A DNA stretch of 64,000 nt, from assembly GCA_963841915.1 (NCBI GenBank), contig CAWJEN010000005.1, forward strand, positions 672,001-736,000, in the 5' to 3' direction. Shown in pieces: positions 1 through 8,302 of the stretch. The stretch is from an uncultured Planctomycetota bacterium (lineage in GTDB: Bacteria; Planctomycetota; Phycisphaerae; Tepidisphaerales; Tepidisphaeraceae). Position 1 is the stretch's first letter. Each line of letters begins with the position of its first letter. Both the position numbers and the translations under genes were made by a program. Below the pieces are notes generated by a model. The model searched no databases. It was not told where the DNA came from and saw only the letters and a list, made by a program, of their open reading frames with translations.

Positions 1-2
1 CG

Positions 3-1367
3 CGACTGACCCGTCACCCGTCGCTGGTCCTGTGGAACGGCTGCAACGAAAACCTCATGGGCCACCACAGCTGGCATTACGACGAAAAATCCTGGGAAAG
101 CTACATCGGTGACCGCGGGTGGGGCTTGGCGTACTACTACGGCGTGCTCGACAAGGCAACGCGTGAGCTGGCACCGGCCACGCCTTACTGGCCGGCCAGC
201 CCGAGCAACGGCACCACGCTCGACGACTTCATTGGTAAAGACCCCAACGCCAACGAACGTGGCAACCGGCACGTCTGGAACGTCTGGCACGGGCCGGGGC
301 ACTACCTCAATTATCTGGGGCATTACCCAAGGTTTTGCAGCGAATTCGGCTTCCACGGGCCGGCGGCATGGGCGACGCTCGAGCGGGCGATCCCCGAACA
401 CGCACGCCGCTGGGACAGCGACGCCATGCGACTGCACAACAAGAACGGCATCACCGACATCGGCGACGGCCAAGACAAGTCGACCGCCCGCATGGGTGAT
501 GACTTCGAGGTGCCCGACGCAGTCTGCGGCGACGCGTTCGACGACTGGCTTTACCTCTCGCAGGTCATGCAGGCGCGGGCGCTGACGGTTGGAGTCGGCT
601 GGTACCGCTCGCTGTTCCCGTGGAACAGCGGCTCGCTGTTCTGGCAGCTCAACGACTGCTGGCCTTGTGCGAGCTGGTCGGCCATCGACGGTGACGGCCG
701 GGCCAAGCCGATGCTCCACGCGGCCAGGCGGTTCTTCGCGCCGCGCGTCGTCAACATTGGCCCACGCGAGCCGACGCAGGTCGGCGGCTGGGACGAAGAC
801 GCCGGGCCGCTGCGGGTCTTCCTGCACAACGATGCCGACGCGACCTGGCAGACGGCCTTGCACCTTCGCCGCTTCGACTACGACGGCATCGAGCTTGACG
901 CGCACGAGGCGGCGGTGACGGTGCAACCACGCGCCGCTGCGACGGTCGACGTACCGACGGACTGGCACCGCCGCGACGACACATTTCTGGTAGCCGACGC
1001 GGCAGGTGGTGAGCGGGCGTTCTGGTGGTTCGCGCCGGACAAGCACGCGCCGATGCCGACACCGCGGTTCGAGGCCAAAGCCGCTGACGACGGCCGGTCG
1101 GTAACGGTGACAGCCAGGACGCTCGTGCGGGATCTGTGCTTGCTGGCCGACCGTTTGCACCCGTCTGCCGAGGCGGACGACGCGTGCGTGACCTTGCTGC
1201 CGGGCGAGTCGGTGACGTTCACGATCGACACGCCGGTGGCGCTGGACCCTGAGGCACTGACGCGTCGGCCGGTGCTGCGGTGCATCGGCGACCGTGCCGG
1301 TGCCGATGATTCGCCCGTTGTAGCAGGCGGCGAAGCCGAGCCGGTACTTGCCGGTCACGCCGGCTGA
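3..1367 (+). CDS. GH2 beta-mannosidase-like glycoside hydrolase, 5'-truncated by window edge
   Basis: Frame is open from base 3: RHPSLVLWNGCNEN (acid/base motif), RFCSEFGF (nucleophile motif), WQLNDCWP..SW; Ig-like C-terminus. Confidence 0.88.
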   Translation, partial: RLTRHPSLVLWNGCNENLMGHHSWHYDEKSWESYIGDRGWGLAYYYGVLDKATRELAPATPYWPASPSNGTTLDDFIGKDPNANERGNRHVWNVWHGPGHYLNYLGHYPRFCSEFGFHGPAAWATLERAIPEHARRWDSDAMRLHNKNGITDIGDGQDKSTARMGDDFEVPDAVCGDAFDDWLYLSQVMQARALTVGVGWYRSLFPWNSGSLFWQLNDCWPCASWSAIDGDGRAKPMLHAARRFFAPRVVNIGPREPTQVGGWDEDAGPLRVFLHNDADATWQTALHLRRFDYDGIELDAHEAAVTVQPRAAATVDVPTDWHRRDDTFLVADAAGGERAFWWFAPDKHAPMPTPRFEAKAADDGRSVTVTARTLVRDLCLLADRLHPSAEADDACVTLLPGESVTFTIDTPVALDPEALTRRPVLRCIGDRAGADDSPVVAGGEAEPVLAGHAG

Positions 1368-1382
1368 TCCTCTCTGCCACGG

Positions 1383-1446
1383 TGACGCAAAACGAAGAGG
1401 CTTTGACGTAGAACGCCGTGGGTAACGCTGGTGTGTGGTGTAAAGT
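1383..1446 (+). promoter_or_regulatory. Tandem TGACG boxes (21-bp period) plus -10 TAAAGT; putative XylR/AraC-activated promoter
   Basis: TGACG at 1383 and 1404, TAAAGT at 1441-1446; 29/39 identical to the element at 5633-5671 (-). Confidence 0.7.
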
Positions 1447-1528
1447 TGGTGTGGGAAGCAATCGCCGCAAGTGCGGCTCTTTCCGCGCTTTTGCGGACTT
1501 ACCCAACAGCGAATTGAGGAGACCGAAG

Positions 1529-2173
1529 ATGAAGAACATCAAACTGTTTGGCTTGGGATCGATGGCCGCAATGACCGCCATGCTCGGCGTTGCGATCACC
1601 CCGCAAATTGCCTCGGCGAGCCTGCTGACGAACCCAGGCTTTGAAGACGTCGACAACAATGGTGATCAAGGTGACGGCTGGGGCAGCTTCGGTGCTGCAG
1701 GCTTCAACGCCTTCTTCGGGGCCAACGGACACGCCAGCCTCTTCGCCGACACCGTCGGCAACAGTGGCGGCATCTTCCAAACCGGCATCTCAGGCGACGC
1801 GGGCGTCGAGTACACGTTCACGCTCACCGACACCTTCGTCGAATCCAACGCCCGGGCCGATCTGACGTTTGGGCTCGAGTTCTACCTTGCCGACGACGCG
1901 ACACTGATTTCCAGCGAGGTTGCCGCCATCGACCTTTCCGACCAGAACGTCAACCACGGCGGCGGGCTTGTCTTCTCGACGTCGGCCGTTGCGCCGATCG
2001 GCACTGCGTTCGTCCGCCCGGTCATCCTGTTCGAGAACGCAGATCCATTCGCTTCTGGCAGCAGCAACATCTTCGTCTTCGACGCGTCGCTGACGGCCGT
2101 GCCCGAGCCGACGTCGGCCGCCGCGGCGGGTATCGCCGGGCTGTGCCTGCTGGCTCGTCGTCGCCGCAGCTGA
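1529..2173 (+). CDS. PEP-CTERM surface protein with CBM/galactose-binding-like domain
   Basis: RBS GAGGAG; signal peptide; LLTNPGFE start of beta-sandwich; C-terminal VPEP + hydrophobic segment + RRRRS. Confidence 0.9.
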   Translation: MKNIKLFGLGSMAAMTAMLGVAITPQIASASLLTNPGFEDVDNNGDQGDGWGSFGAAGFNAFFGANGHASLFADTVGNSGGIFQTGISGDAGVEYTFTLTDTFVESNARADLTFGLEFYLADDATLISSEVAAIDLSDQNVNHGGGLVFSTSAVAPIGTAFVRPVILFENADPFASGSSNIFVFDASLTAVPEPTSAAAAGIAGLCLLARRRRS

Positions 2174-2186
2174 TTGATCCTCCTCC

Positions 2187-2228
2187 AAAAGAGAATCGCC
2201 GGCGGGCCTGTGCCTGCCGGCGATTCTC
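2187..2228 (-). terminator. Intrinsic terminator between convergent genes
   Basis: GAGAATCGCCGGC..GCCGGCGATTCTC stem at 2191-2228; AAAA at 2187-2190 gives a U-tract on the minus strand. Confidence 0.75.
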
Positions 2229-2250
2229 GTTGCGCTTCGTCCTGCTTCGC

Positions 2251-4653
2251 CTATTGGTCGTCGGCGATGAGGAACGCGTTGTCGAACTTCACCGCTCCGC
2301 CTCGCGGCGCATCGGCACTGGGGGCGATGCGTATGAGCACCCGGAGCGAATCCGTCGGCACGGTCGCCTTGACCGTCACGAGCGACCAACCACCTGCCGG
2401 CTCGAGCGCGACGACGTCGATGTCTCGGCTGGTCAGCAGCACCGGCTGATCACCGTCGACGGCTTCGAGCGCAAGCGTCACCCGCAGTGCCGGGTTCTCG
2501 CCGTTCTGTGGCTTGTCCGCATGGGCGAAGATGCCGAACGTGTAAGTCTTGCCGGGCTCGACCTCGACGTCCTGCCACATGCCACTGTCGTCGGCCGAGT
2601 CGCGACGCCAGTGGTGGTAACCGATCATCGACTTGCCATCGAGCGTCGGTGTCCAGTCGTCGTGTCGATTGAGCCATTGGCCCCAGCGGTTCCAGTTCGC
2701 CGCCATGTCGGGTTCTTCTCCGACCGTCTCGAACGATGCATTGTTCAACAGATTCTCACCCGACGGCATCAACGGGATCAACCGTTGAGCAAGCGCAGTC
2801 GCCTCGACGCCGATCGACACCTGGTTGAACGTCGCCCGAGTCAATGAGCCGTCGGCGTGGGCACAAACAGCCAGACCCGCAACGCCTTCGGAGGCGTCGG
2901 CGATCGTTGCCTGGCCCGCTTTGTACCAGACATCTCCCTGACCGATGAACGCTGCGATGCTGTCGCCTTCTCGCGTGAGCCGAAACGCAACAGGTGCCGG
3001 GCCGGGTGCGAACTTCTCTTCTGTCGCCCGCGTCCCCTGGCTCTTGCGGCAGGTGAAGCTGACGGTGCCGTCGGGGAACGCGTTGATCATGACAAAGGGT
3101 GCACCAGGCGACTGCGGATCTGCGCCGCCGCGGAACATGAGGCCGGCTTTGGCATAGCGGTCACTGTCGAGCAGGTCCTGGAGCATGGCCGTGATCGACT
3201 GCCCGTCTGTCAACGGCCTTGCGACGAAGCCGAAACTGTCGGTCCGCTCGAAGATGTCTGATCCTCCAGCAACCACCGCCAGTAGGTCATCCTCCTGGGT
3301 CGCCCCGACGGGTGCGCCACCGACGGAGAGCAAGGCCCAATCTGCCGGGGCGGGATCGACGGGCACTTCGGTCGGAAGCGCGGGTAGCGGCGGAAGCGCG
3401 ATCTCAGGAGCCCGCTCGGCCGTCAGCGTCGCTTGCAGTGACGTGTCGATCGCCAGCGGCATCGTGGCGAGCCTCTCGAACCACGCCTCGATCGTCTCGA
3501 GTGAGTCACGCTCGAGGTCGAGCTTTGGCAGCGAGTCGGCGTTCGTGACGAAGTACCAGTTGTCGCCCGCCACGCCGCCTTCGGGCTTGAGCAGCTTGTA
3601 GCTCCACGCGGTCGCCATCCAGCCGCGGTCGGCGAAGTCGTCGAAGTAGCGTCGCATCATCCGCTCGCCACCCGTCGAGTCGAACACGACGTTGAACTCA
3701 CCGACCAGGAACGGCCCGCCTTGCGCTTCGAGGTACGCCTGCACCGCCGGGAACGTGACGCCCAGCGTGCGGGCGTGGCTGAGCAGGTTCTGCGGACTGC
3801 CGAAGAGGCCGGGGTAGTAGTGGTGCGTAAAGCCCACGTTGTGCATCGCCTCGTCACCCAGCTCTGCCCGCAAGTCGCCGTAGAAGAACGGCCCGTCCTG
3901 CAAACTGCCCGGCAGCAGGGCGATGTGATCGTCACCTTCCTCGCGAATGGCGGCGAGGCAACGCAGCATGATCTCCTTGAGCTCGGGCCGAACGTCACGC
4001 TGGTAGTCCGACCACGGCTCGTTCAGCAGGTCGTAAGCGGCGATGCTGTTGCGGTGCTTGTACCGCTGGGCAATGCGTCGCCAGATCGTGACCGTCTGAT
4101 CCTGTGCCGCCCGGTCATCCCAAAGACGATCCCGACCGGCCTCGCCTGTGTGGTGCTGGTCGCTCTGTCCGCCGGGCGCACCGTGAAGGTCGAGGATCAC
4201 GTAAATCTCCGCGGCCTCGGCCATTTCGATCGCGCGATCGAGCCAGGCAAATGCCTCGTCGTCGTCTAAGGCTTGGAGCAACTGATAGTCGAACGGCACG
4301 CGGACCACGTTGAAGCCGAACGACTTGATGATCGCAAAGTCACGCGGGCGAACGTATCCGTCGCGCCAAATCTCCATGAGCCGCTCACGCTCTGCCTCGC
4401 CGAAGCGACGGTCGAGGGTCGCAAAGACCTCGGCCTGATCATGTTGCGGCCAAGCCGACATCCACGTTTCGAGGATAAGCCAGTTGCCGAGATTGACCCC
4501 GCGAAGGACGACGTCGTTGCCCGCTGCATCTGCGACGCGAGCTCCTTCAGCGTGCAGACGCGGCAGCTCCGCACGGCTGGCGTCGGTCGCAACGAACACG
4601 GACAGGAAGGTGGCCAATGCGACCACGATGAAATGTCTCTGCTTCATAGCCAT
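2251..4653 (-). CDS. Secreted GH5 (cellulase family) glycoside hydrolase with two C-terminal beta-sandwich/CBM-like domains
   Basis: LRGVNLGNW, FNVVRVP, ILDLHGAPG, YDLLNEP, HYYP, LVGEF; signal peptide; RBS AGGAG. Confidence 0.88.
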   Translation of the reverse strand: MAMKQRHFIVVALATFLSVFVATDASRAELPRLHAEGARVADAAGNDVVLRGVNLGNWLILETWMSAWPQHDQAEVFATLDRRFGEAERERLMEIWRDGYVRPRDFAIIKSFGFNVVRVPFDYQLLQALDDDEAFAWLDRAIEMAEAAEIYVILDLHGAPGGQSDQHHTGEAGRDRLWDDRAAQDQTVTIWRRIAQRYKHRNSIAAYDLLNEPWSDYQRDVRPELKEIMLRCLAAIREEGDDHIALLPGSLQDGPFFYGDLRAELGDEAMHNVGFTHHYYPGLFGSPQNLLSHARTLGVTFPAVQAYLEAQGGPFLVGEFNVVFDSTGGERMMRRYFDDFADRGWMATAWSYKLLKPEGGVAGDNWYFVTNADSLPKLDLERDSLETIEAWFERLATMPLAIDTSLQATLTAERAPEIALPPLPALPTEVPVDPAPADWALLSVGGAPVGATQEDDLLAVVAGGSDIFERTDSFGFVARPLTDGQSITAMLQDLLDSDRYAKAGLMFRGGADPQSPGAPFVMINAFPDGTVSFTCRKSQGTRATEEKFAPGPAPVAFRLTREGDSIAAFIGQGDVWYKAGQATIADASEGVAGLAVCAHADGSLTRATFNQVSIGVEATALAQRLIPLMPSGENLLNNASFETVGEEPDMAANWNRWGQWLNRHDDWTPTLDGKSMIGYHHWRRDSADDSGMWQDVEVEPGKTYTFGIFAHADKPQNGENPALRVTLALEAVDGDQPVLLTSRDIDVVALEPAGGWSLVTVKATVPTDSLRVLIRIAPSADAPRGGAVKFDNAFLIADDQ

Positions 4654-4670
4654 AGCTCCTTCAAGAACGA

Positions 4671-4690
4671 CGCCCGGCCAGAGCCGGGCG
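4671..4690. other. Intergenic stem-loop between prepilin-like gene and GH5
   Basis: CGCCCGGC-CAGA-GCCGGGCG perfect 8-bp stem with no U-tract. Confidence 0.5.
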
Positions 4691-4735
4691 CTTGTGCCTT
4701 TGACGGCGATTTCATGAATCACCCGCACGCCGACG

Positions 4736-5515
4736 TTATTGCGGCTGCTCGTCGGCCCAGCCGGTCCAGTAGAGCCGCGTCCGGTACTCGATGCCACCAG
4801 CCGGGACGCCGTTGATCTCGGCTGGGTAGATGGCAAGCTCGTTGCCGTCGGGGTCAAGGCGAGACTCCTTGAGTCGCGTTTCGTTGTAGTCGCTGACGTG
4901 TCCGTCGGCGAAGACGACGTTGAGCAGCTTGGCGTCGCTTCTGCCGTGTGGGAACTGCGAAGGCTGCCAATCGGGCCAGGCGATGTCGTAGAACGTCATC
5001 GCCTCGGTCGCGCTCTTGAGTGCTGCGCTGCGACGGCTCGGGGCGTAGTCCATGTTGTACCGGTAGTGCGCGGCCCCGGGATCCTGAAGCCAATCCGCGC
5101 CGGCCGCTTCGACGCCGGGGCACCGGAAGACGCCGTTGATGTCGCGCACCGTCGGGTCTTCATCCTGCGGCAGATAAGGGACCAGCAGCTCCTGGACGAA
5201 CGGTGCGTCAATCTGCGGAATGCCGACGTAGCCATCGATGGCCGGCGTCGAGAGGTTGTCGCCGTTCTGCCAGGCAAAGTTTCGCCCGCCTGGTAGTGCG
5301 CCGCCGTTGTCGTTGATGTACATCGACGTCGCCGTACCGACCTGCCGCAAATTACTCTTGCAAACGGTCTTGCTGGCCGACTCGCGAGCGCTGTTGAGCG
5401 TCGGCAGCAGGATCGAGATCAGCAGGGCGATGATGCCGATGACGACGAGCAACTCAACGAGCGTAAAACCGCCCGACCGACGGGCGCAAAGCCGATAGTG
5501 TTTCGTGTGGTTCAT
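4736..5515 (-). CDS. Prepilin-type N-terminal cleavage/methylation protein (DUF1559-like, H-X9-DG C-terminus)
   Basis: [25 protein letters not shown]....C.SNLRQ; C-terminal [20 protein letters not shown]. Confidence 0.92.
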   Translation of the reverse strand: MNHTKHYRLCARRSGGFTLVELLVVIGIIALLISILLPTLNSARESASKTVCKSNLRQVGTATSMYINDNGGALPGGRNFAWQNGDNLSTPAIDGYVGIPQIDAPFVQELLVPYLPQDEDPTVRDINGVFRCPGVEAAGADWLQDPGAAHYRYNMDYAPSRRSAALKSATEAMTFYDIAWPDWQPSQFPHGRSDAKLLNVVFADGHVSDYNETRLKESRLDPDGNELAIYPAEINGVPAGGIEYRTRLYWTGWADEQPQ

Positions 5516-5607
5516 GAAGGTCCTCCTCAGGTGCCGCGACCCAGAGGCCGCAGAGGCGTCGCACCAGCCGTCGGACAACGTCCCGGCACCGACGCGTTGC
5601 CCGACTC

Positions 5608-5671
5608 ATGTTACATCGGCACGCCCCCCAGGCCACGACGGATCACGACAAAGCTCCTGCGTTTTGCGACA
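5608..5671 (-). promoter_or_regulatory. Tandem TGTCG boxes (21-bp period) plus -10 TAACAT; putative XylR/AraC-activated promoter
   Basis: Minus-strand boxes start at 5671 and 5650; TAACAT at 5613-5608; same spacing as 1383-1446. Confidence 0.7.
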
Positions 5672-5706
5672 CACGGCGTGGCGAAACTGGTACGCTTGCG
5701 GCCACA

Positions 5707-6891
5707 GTGGTCACCGCCAAGAGCACCAACTCCGATGCGACGGCACGGCTTCAACGCAAGCGGCGGCGGGTCAGTCTTGCCATCGATGTCACCGGTTCCT
5801 ACGGGCGCGGCGTCCTCAAGGGCATCATGGCTTTTGCCAAAACGCGCAACTGGATCGTCGACATTCAGCTCAGCGACAGCGACGGTGCTCGGGCCGACGA
5901 GTGGAACGTCGACGGCGTGATCGCCCAGGCCATCACGCGACCGCTGGATCGTCGCATCGTCAAAGGGTGCCTGAAGCACAAGGTGCCGATGACGAACGTG
6001 AGCAACATGTTCGGCGGCTCGGTCATGCCGACGGTGCTGCCCGACGACGAAGCCGTCGGTCGCCTGGCCGCCGACTACTTCGCCGGGCGCGGCTTCACGC
6101 GATTTGCGTTCTTCGGCTATCGCGATCGTGGCAGCTATTCCGAAAGTCGCAGGCACGGATTCGCCCAGGCGGTCGCTCGCAAAGGTGGCCGACTGTTCGA
6201 CCTCGACGCCGGACGTGCTGCCCCCGCACAGGTCGGACAGTGGGCCAAGTCGCTACCGGTTCCGGTGGGCGTGTTGTGCTGCAACGACCGGTTGGCGTAC
6301 GACTTTTTGAGCGAGTGCCAGCGAGCCGGTGTGGCCGTTCCGGATGACCTGGCGGTGCTCGGTGTGGACGACGACGAGCTCGTCAACACGCTTATTTCTC
6401 CGTCGCTGTCGAGCGTCACGCTGCCGACGAACCGGATCGGCTTCGAAGCCGCCAGCCTGCTGCAGAAGCTCATGGACGGACACGACGCTCCGACGACGCC
6501 GATGCTCTTCCCGCCGGTGAGCGTCGTGACGAGGCAAAGCACCGACATCACGGCCCTGGAAGATCGCGATGTCTCGGCGGCGTTGCTGTTCATTCGCAAG
6601 CACGTGACCGAGGCCATCGGTGTCGAGGATGTCGTCGCCGCCGTGGCGATTAGTCGGCGGTCGCTCGAGCGTCGGTTCCAGGCTGCGCTTGGCAGAAGCG
6701 TGCTGGGCGAGATGCGGCACCGCCGCGTCGAGCGGGCCAAAGAGCTGCTGGCGATGACGGACCTTGCCATGCCCGCCATCGCACGGGCCAGCGGTTTCGG
6801 TGACGCGACGCGTCTCGGCATCGTCTTTCGCCAGGTCACCGGCCAACCGCCGACGGAGTTCCGCCGACAGGTCCGACCGTCACCCGCGTGA
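5707..6891 (+). CDS. XylR-type regulator (LacI-like sugar-binding domain + AraC HTH)
   Basis: YGRGVLKGI, VPDDLAVLGVDDD, LSSV, ISRRSLERRF, FRQVTGQPPTEFR; GTG start 10 nt after TACGCT. Confidence 0.9.
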   Translation: MVTAKSTNSDATARLQRKRRRVSLAIDVTGSYGRGVLKGIMAFAKTRNWIVDIQLSDSDGARADEWNVDGVIAQAITRPLDRRIVKGCLKHKVPMTNVSNMFGGSVMPTVLPDDEAVGRLAADYFAGRGFTRFAFFGYRDRGSYSESRRHGFAQAVARKGGRLFDLDAGRAAPAQVGQWAKSLPVPVGVLCCNDRLAYDFLSECQRAGVAVPDDLAVLGVDDDELVNTLISPSLSSVTLPTNRIGFEAASLLQKLMDGHDAPTTPMLFPPVSVVTRQSTDITALEDRDVSAALLFIRKHVTEAIGVEDVVAAVAISRRSLERRFQAALGRSVLGEMRHRRVERAKELLAMTDLAMPAIARASGFGDATRLGIVFRQVTGQPPTEFRRQVRPSPA

Positions 6892-7313
6892 TGCTGTGCC
6901 GCAGACAACGGGCTTCACATAAGCAACGTTATCGGCCAGAAGTGCGACCTTCGCCAAACCGCCCGGCGGTGAACGTGACGGCCGTCGTGCCGGAACCAAC
7001 GCTCGTCATGAGCCGCGGCTTCGACGAGGACGAATCCGTCGCGTTCCAGGAGATGATCAGCGACTGGCGCGAGTGGAGGTCTCTCGACTCCGCTCCGCTT
7101 CGCTCATGTCGGCAGCTGGCCACCTGTCGAGCTGGGTAGGCGACCGCGTGCAGGTCGGTCCGACGTCCAACGACCAGGGCATCGGGTTCTGCTACGGCAG
7201 CGGGTTCGGCCTCGTCACCATTGCCCCGGCCGACCCCACGGGCACGTTCGAGATGATCCGCTACCTCACCGACCCGCACAACCTCAAGCTGACTAAAACG
7301 TTGGCGCACGAAG

Positions 7314-7371
7314 ACACAAAGCATCCGGTGCCGAACATCCCACCTTGCCGGCACCGGACTTGGCTTTGTGT
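7314..7371. repeat. Long imperfect inverted repeat
   Basis: ACACAAAGC/GCTTTGTGT and TCCGGTGCCG/CGGCACCGGA arms. Confidence 0.7.
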
Positions 7372-7586
7372 GACATCACACTATGCACACTTCTTCCCAC
7401 AATGGCACGCCTGTCACCGATTTGGGTGATACAGCTGCCAAACGGTGGACCCAGTTTGGGCCACCAAGACGTCCAGGTAGCCCGCAAGCAGCGACGCGTC
7501 GACGCTCGCTTGAGCCGACACGGGCGAAAAAAAGCAGAAAATAAAGCGCGTTGGCGGCCGCCACGGCGCAGCGCTGCGGCGCCAAC

Positions 7587-8228
7587 ATGATTCACCCACA
7601 TCCAGGTCCCACCACCAACAACCTCAAGCCCTTCCACAACCCACCACATGACATGGCATCGGGCTCGGCAGGTCCGTTGGTCGAGGTGGCAGAGCCAGGT
7701 CAGGCAGGTGGTGGTTTGCGACAGGAGGGTGGTGTGTTGGGGCAGGAGGGTTGGCAGATGTTGGTTGCGTGCGGTGTGGCAGACAAGGTTGCCGCCGACC
7801 TTGCCGGTGAGAACACGGTGGCGTTGGTCGCCAGGTACGTCCGGGCATTTCAGGACCAGAACCGTCGTGGCAAGACCGTCGGCCCCGGCTGGCTCGTGCG
7901 GGCCATCGCGGGTCGCTGGACCGTCGCCGATCCCGCACCACAATCAGCACCGCAGGCCACGCCTCGTCCCGCTCCGGTCGCCCCGCAGGCATGCGTTGAC
8001 ACGGACGCCCGTGGCAAGCCGCTCGCCCCATTCCTGGCAGAGTTCGACCGATTGGCGGGCCTGTCCGACGCGGCCTTGGCGGTCGAGCGGGAGGCGTTCG
8101 TCGCTGCCGAGCCGACGTGGTCGGCGAGCATTGCGAAGCTGCCGCGTGACAGCCCGCGTCTGCTGAGCCTGCTTGCCGAGCGGAACGTCGACGGCCGTGT
8201 TGACGCCACACCACCGGCGGGCGTGTGA
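7587..8228 (+). CDS. Hypothetical protein resembling the C-terminal part of replication-initiator/HTH proteins
   Basis: Open frame with T/N/P-rich linker then GPGWLVRAIAGRW motif; start uncertain. Confidence 0.45.
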   Translation: MIHPHPGPTTNNLKPFHNPPHDMASGSAGPLVEVAEPGQAGGGLRQEGGVLGQEGWQMLVACGVADKVAADLAGENTVALVARYVRAFQDQNRRGKTVGPGWLVRAIAGRWTVADPAPQSAPQATPRPAPVAPQACVDTDARGKPLAPFLAEFDRLAGLSDAALAVEREAFVAAEPTWSASIAKLPRDSPRLLSLLAERNVDGRVDATPPAGV

Positions 8229-8302
8229 GGCAAACTGAAAGGCTTTTGCCGTCAGCCGCATCGTTCGTACAGGCCCAAATCGCGGTACGGTGGGCGATCC
8301 TC

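Noticed and set aside
7369..7380. CRP site (TGTGA..TCACA)
   Set aside because: Half-sites are 2 nt apart, not 6.
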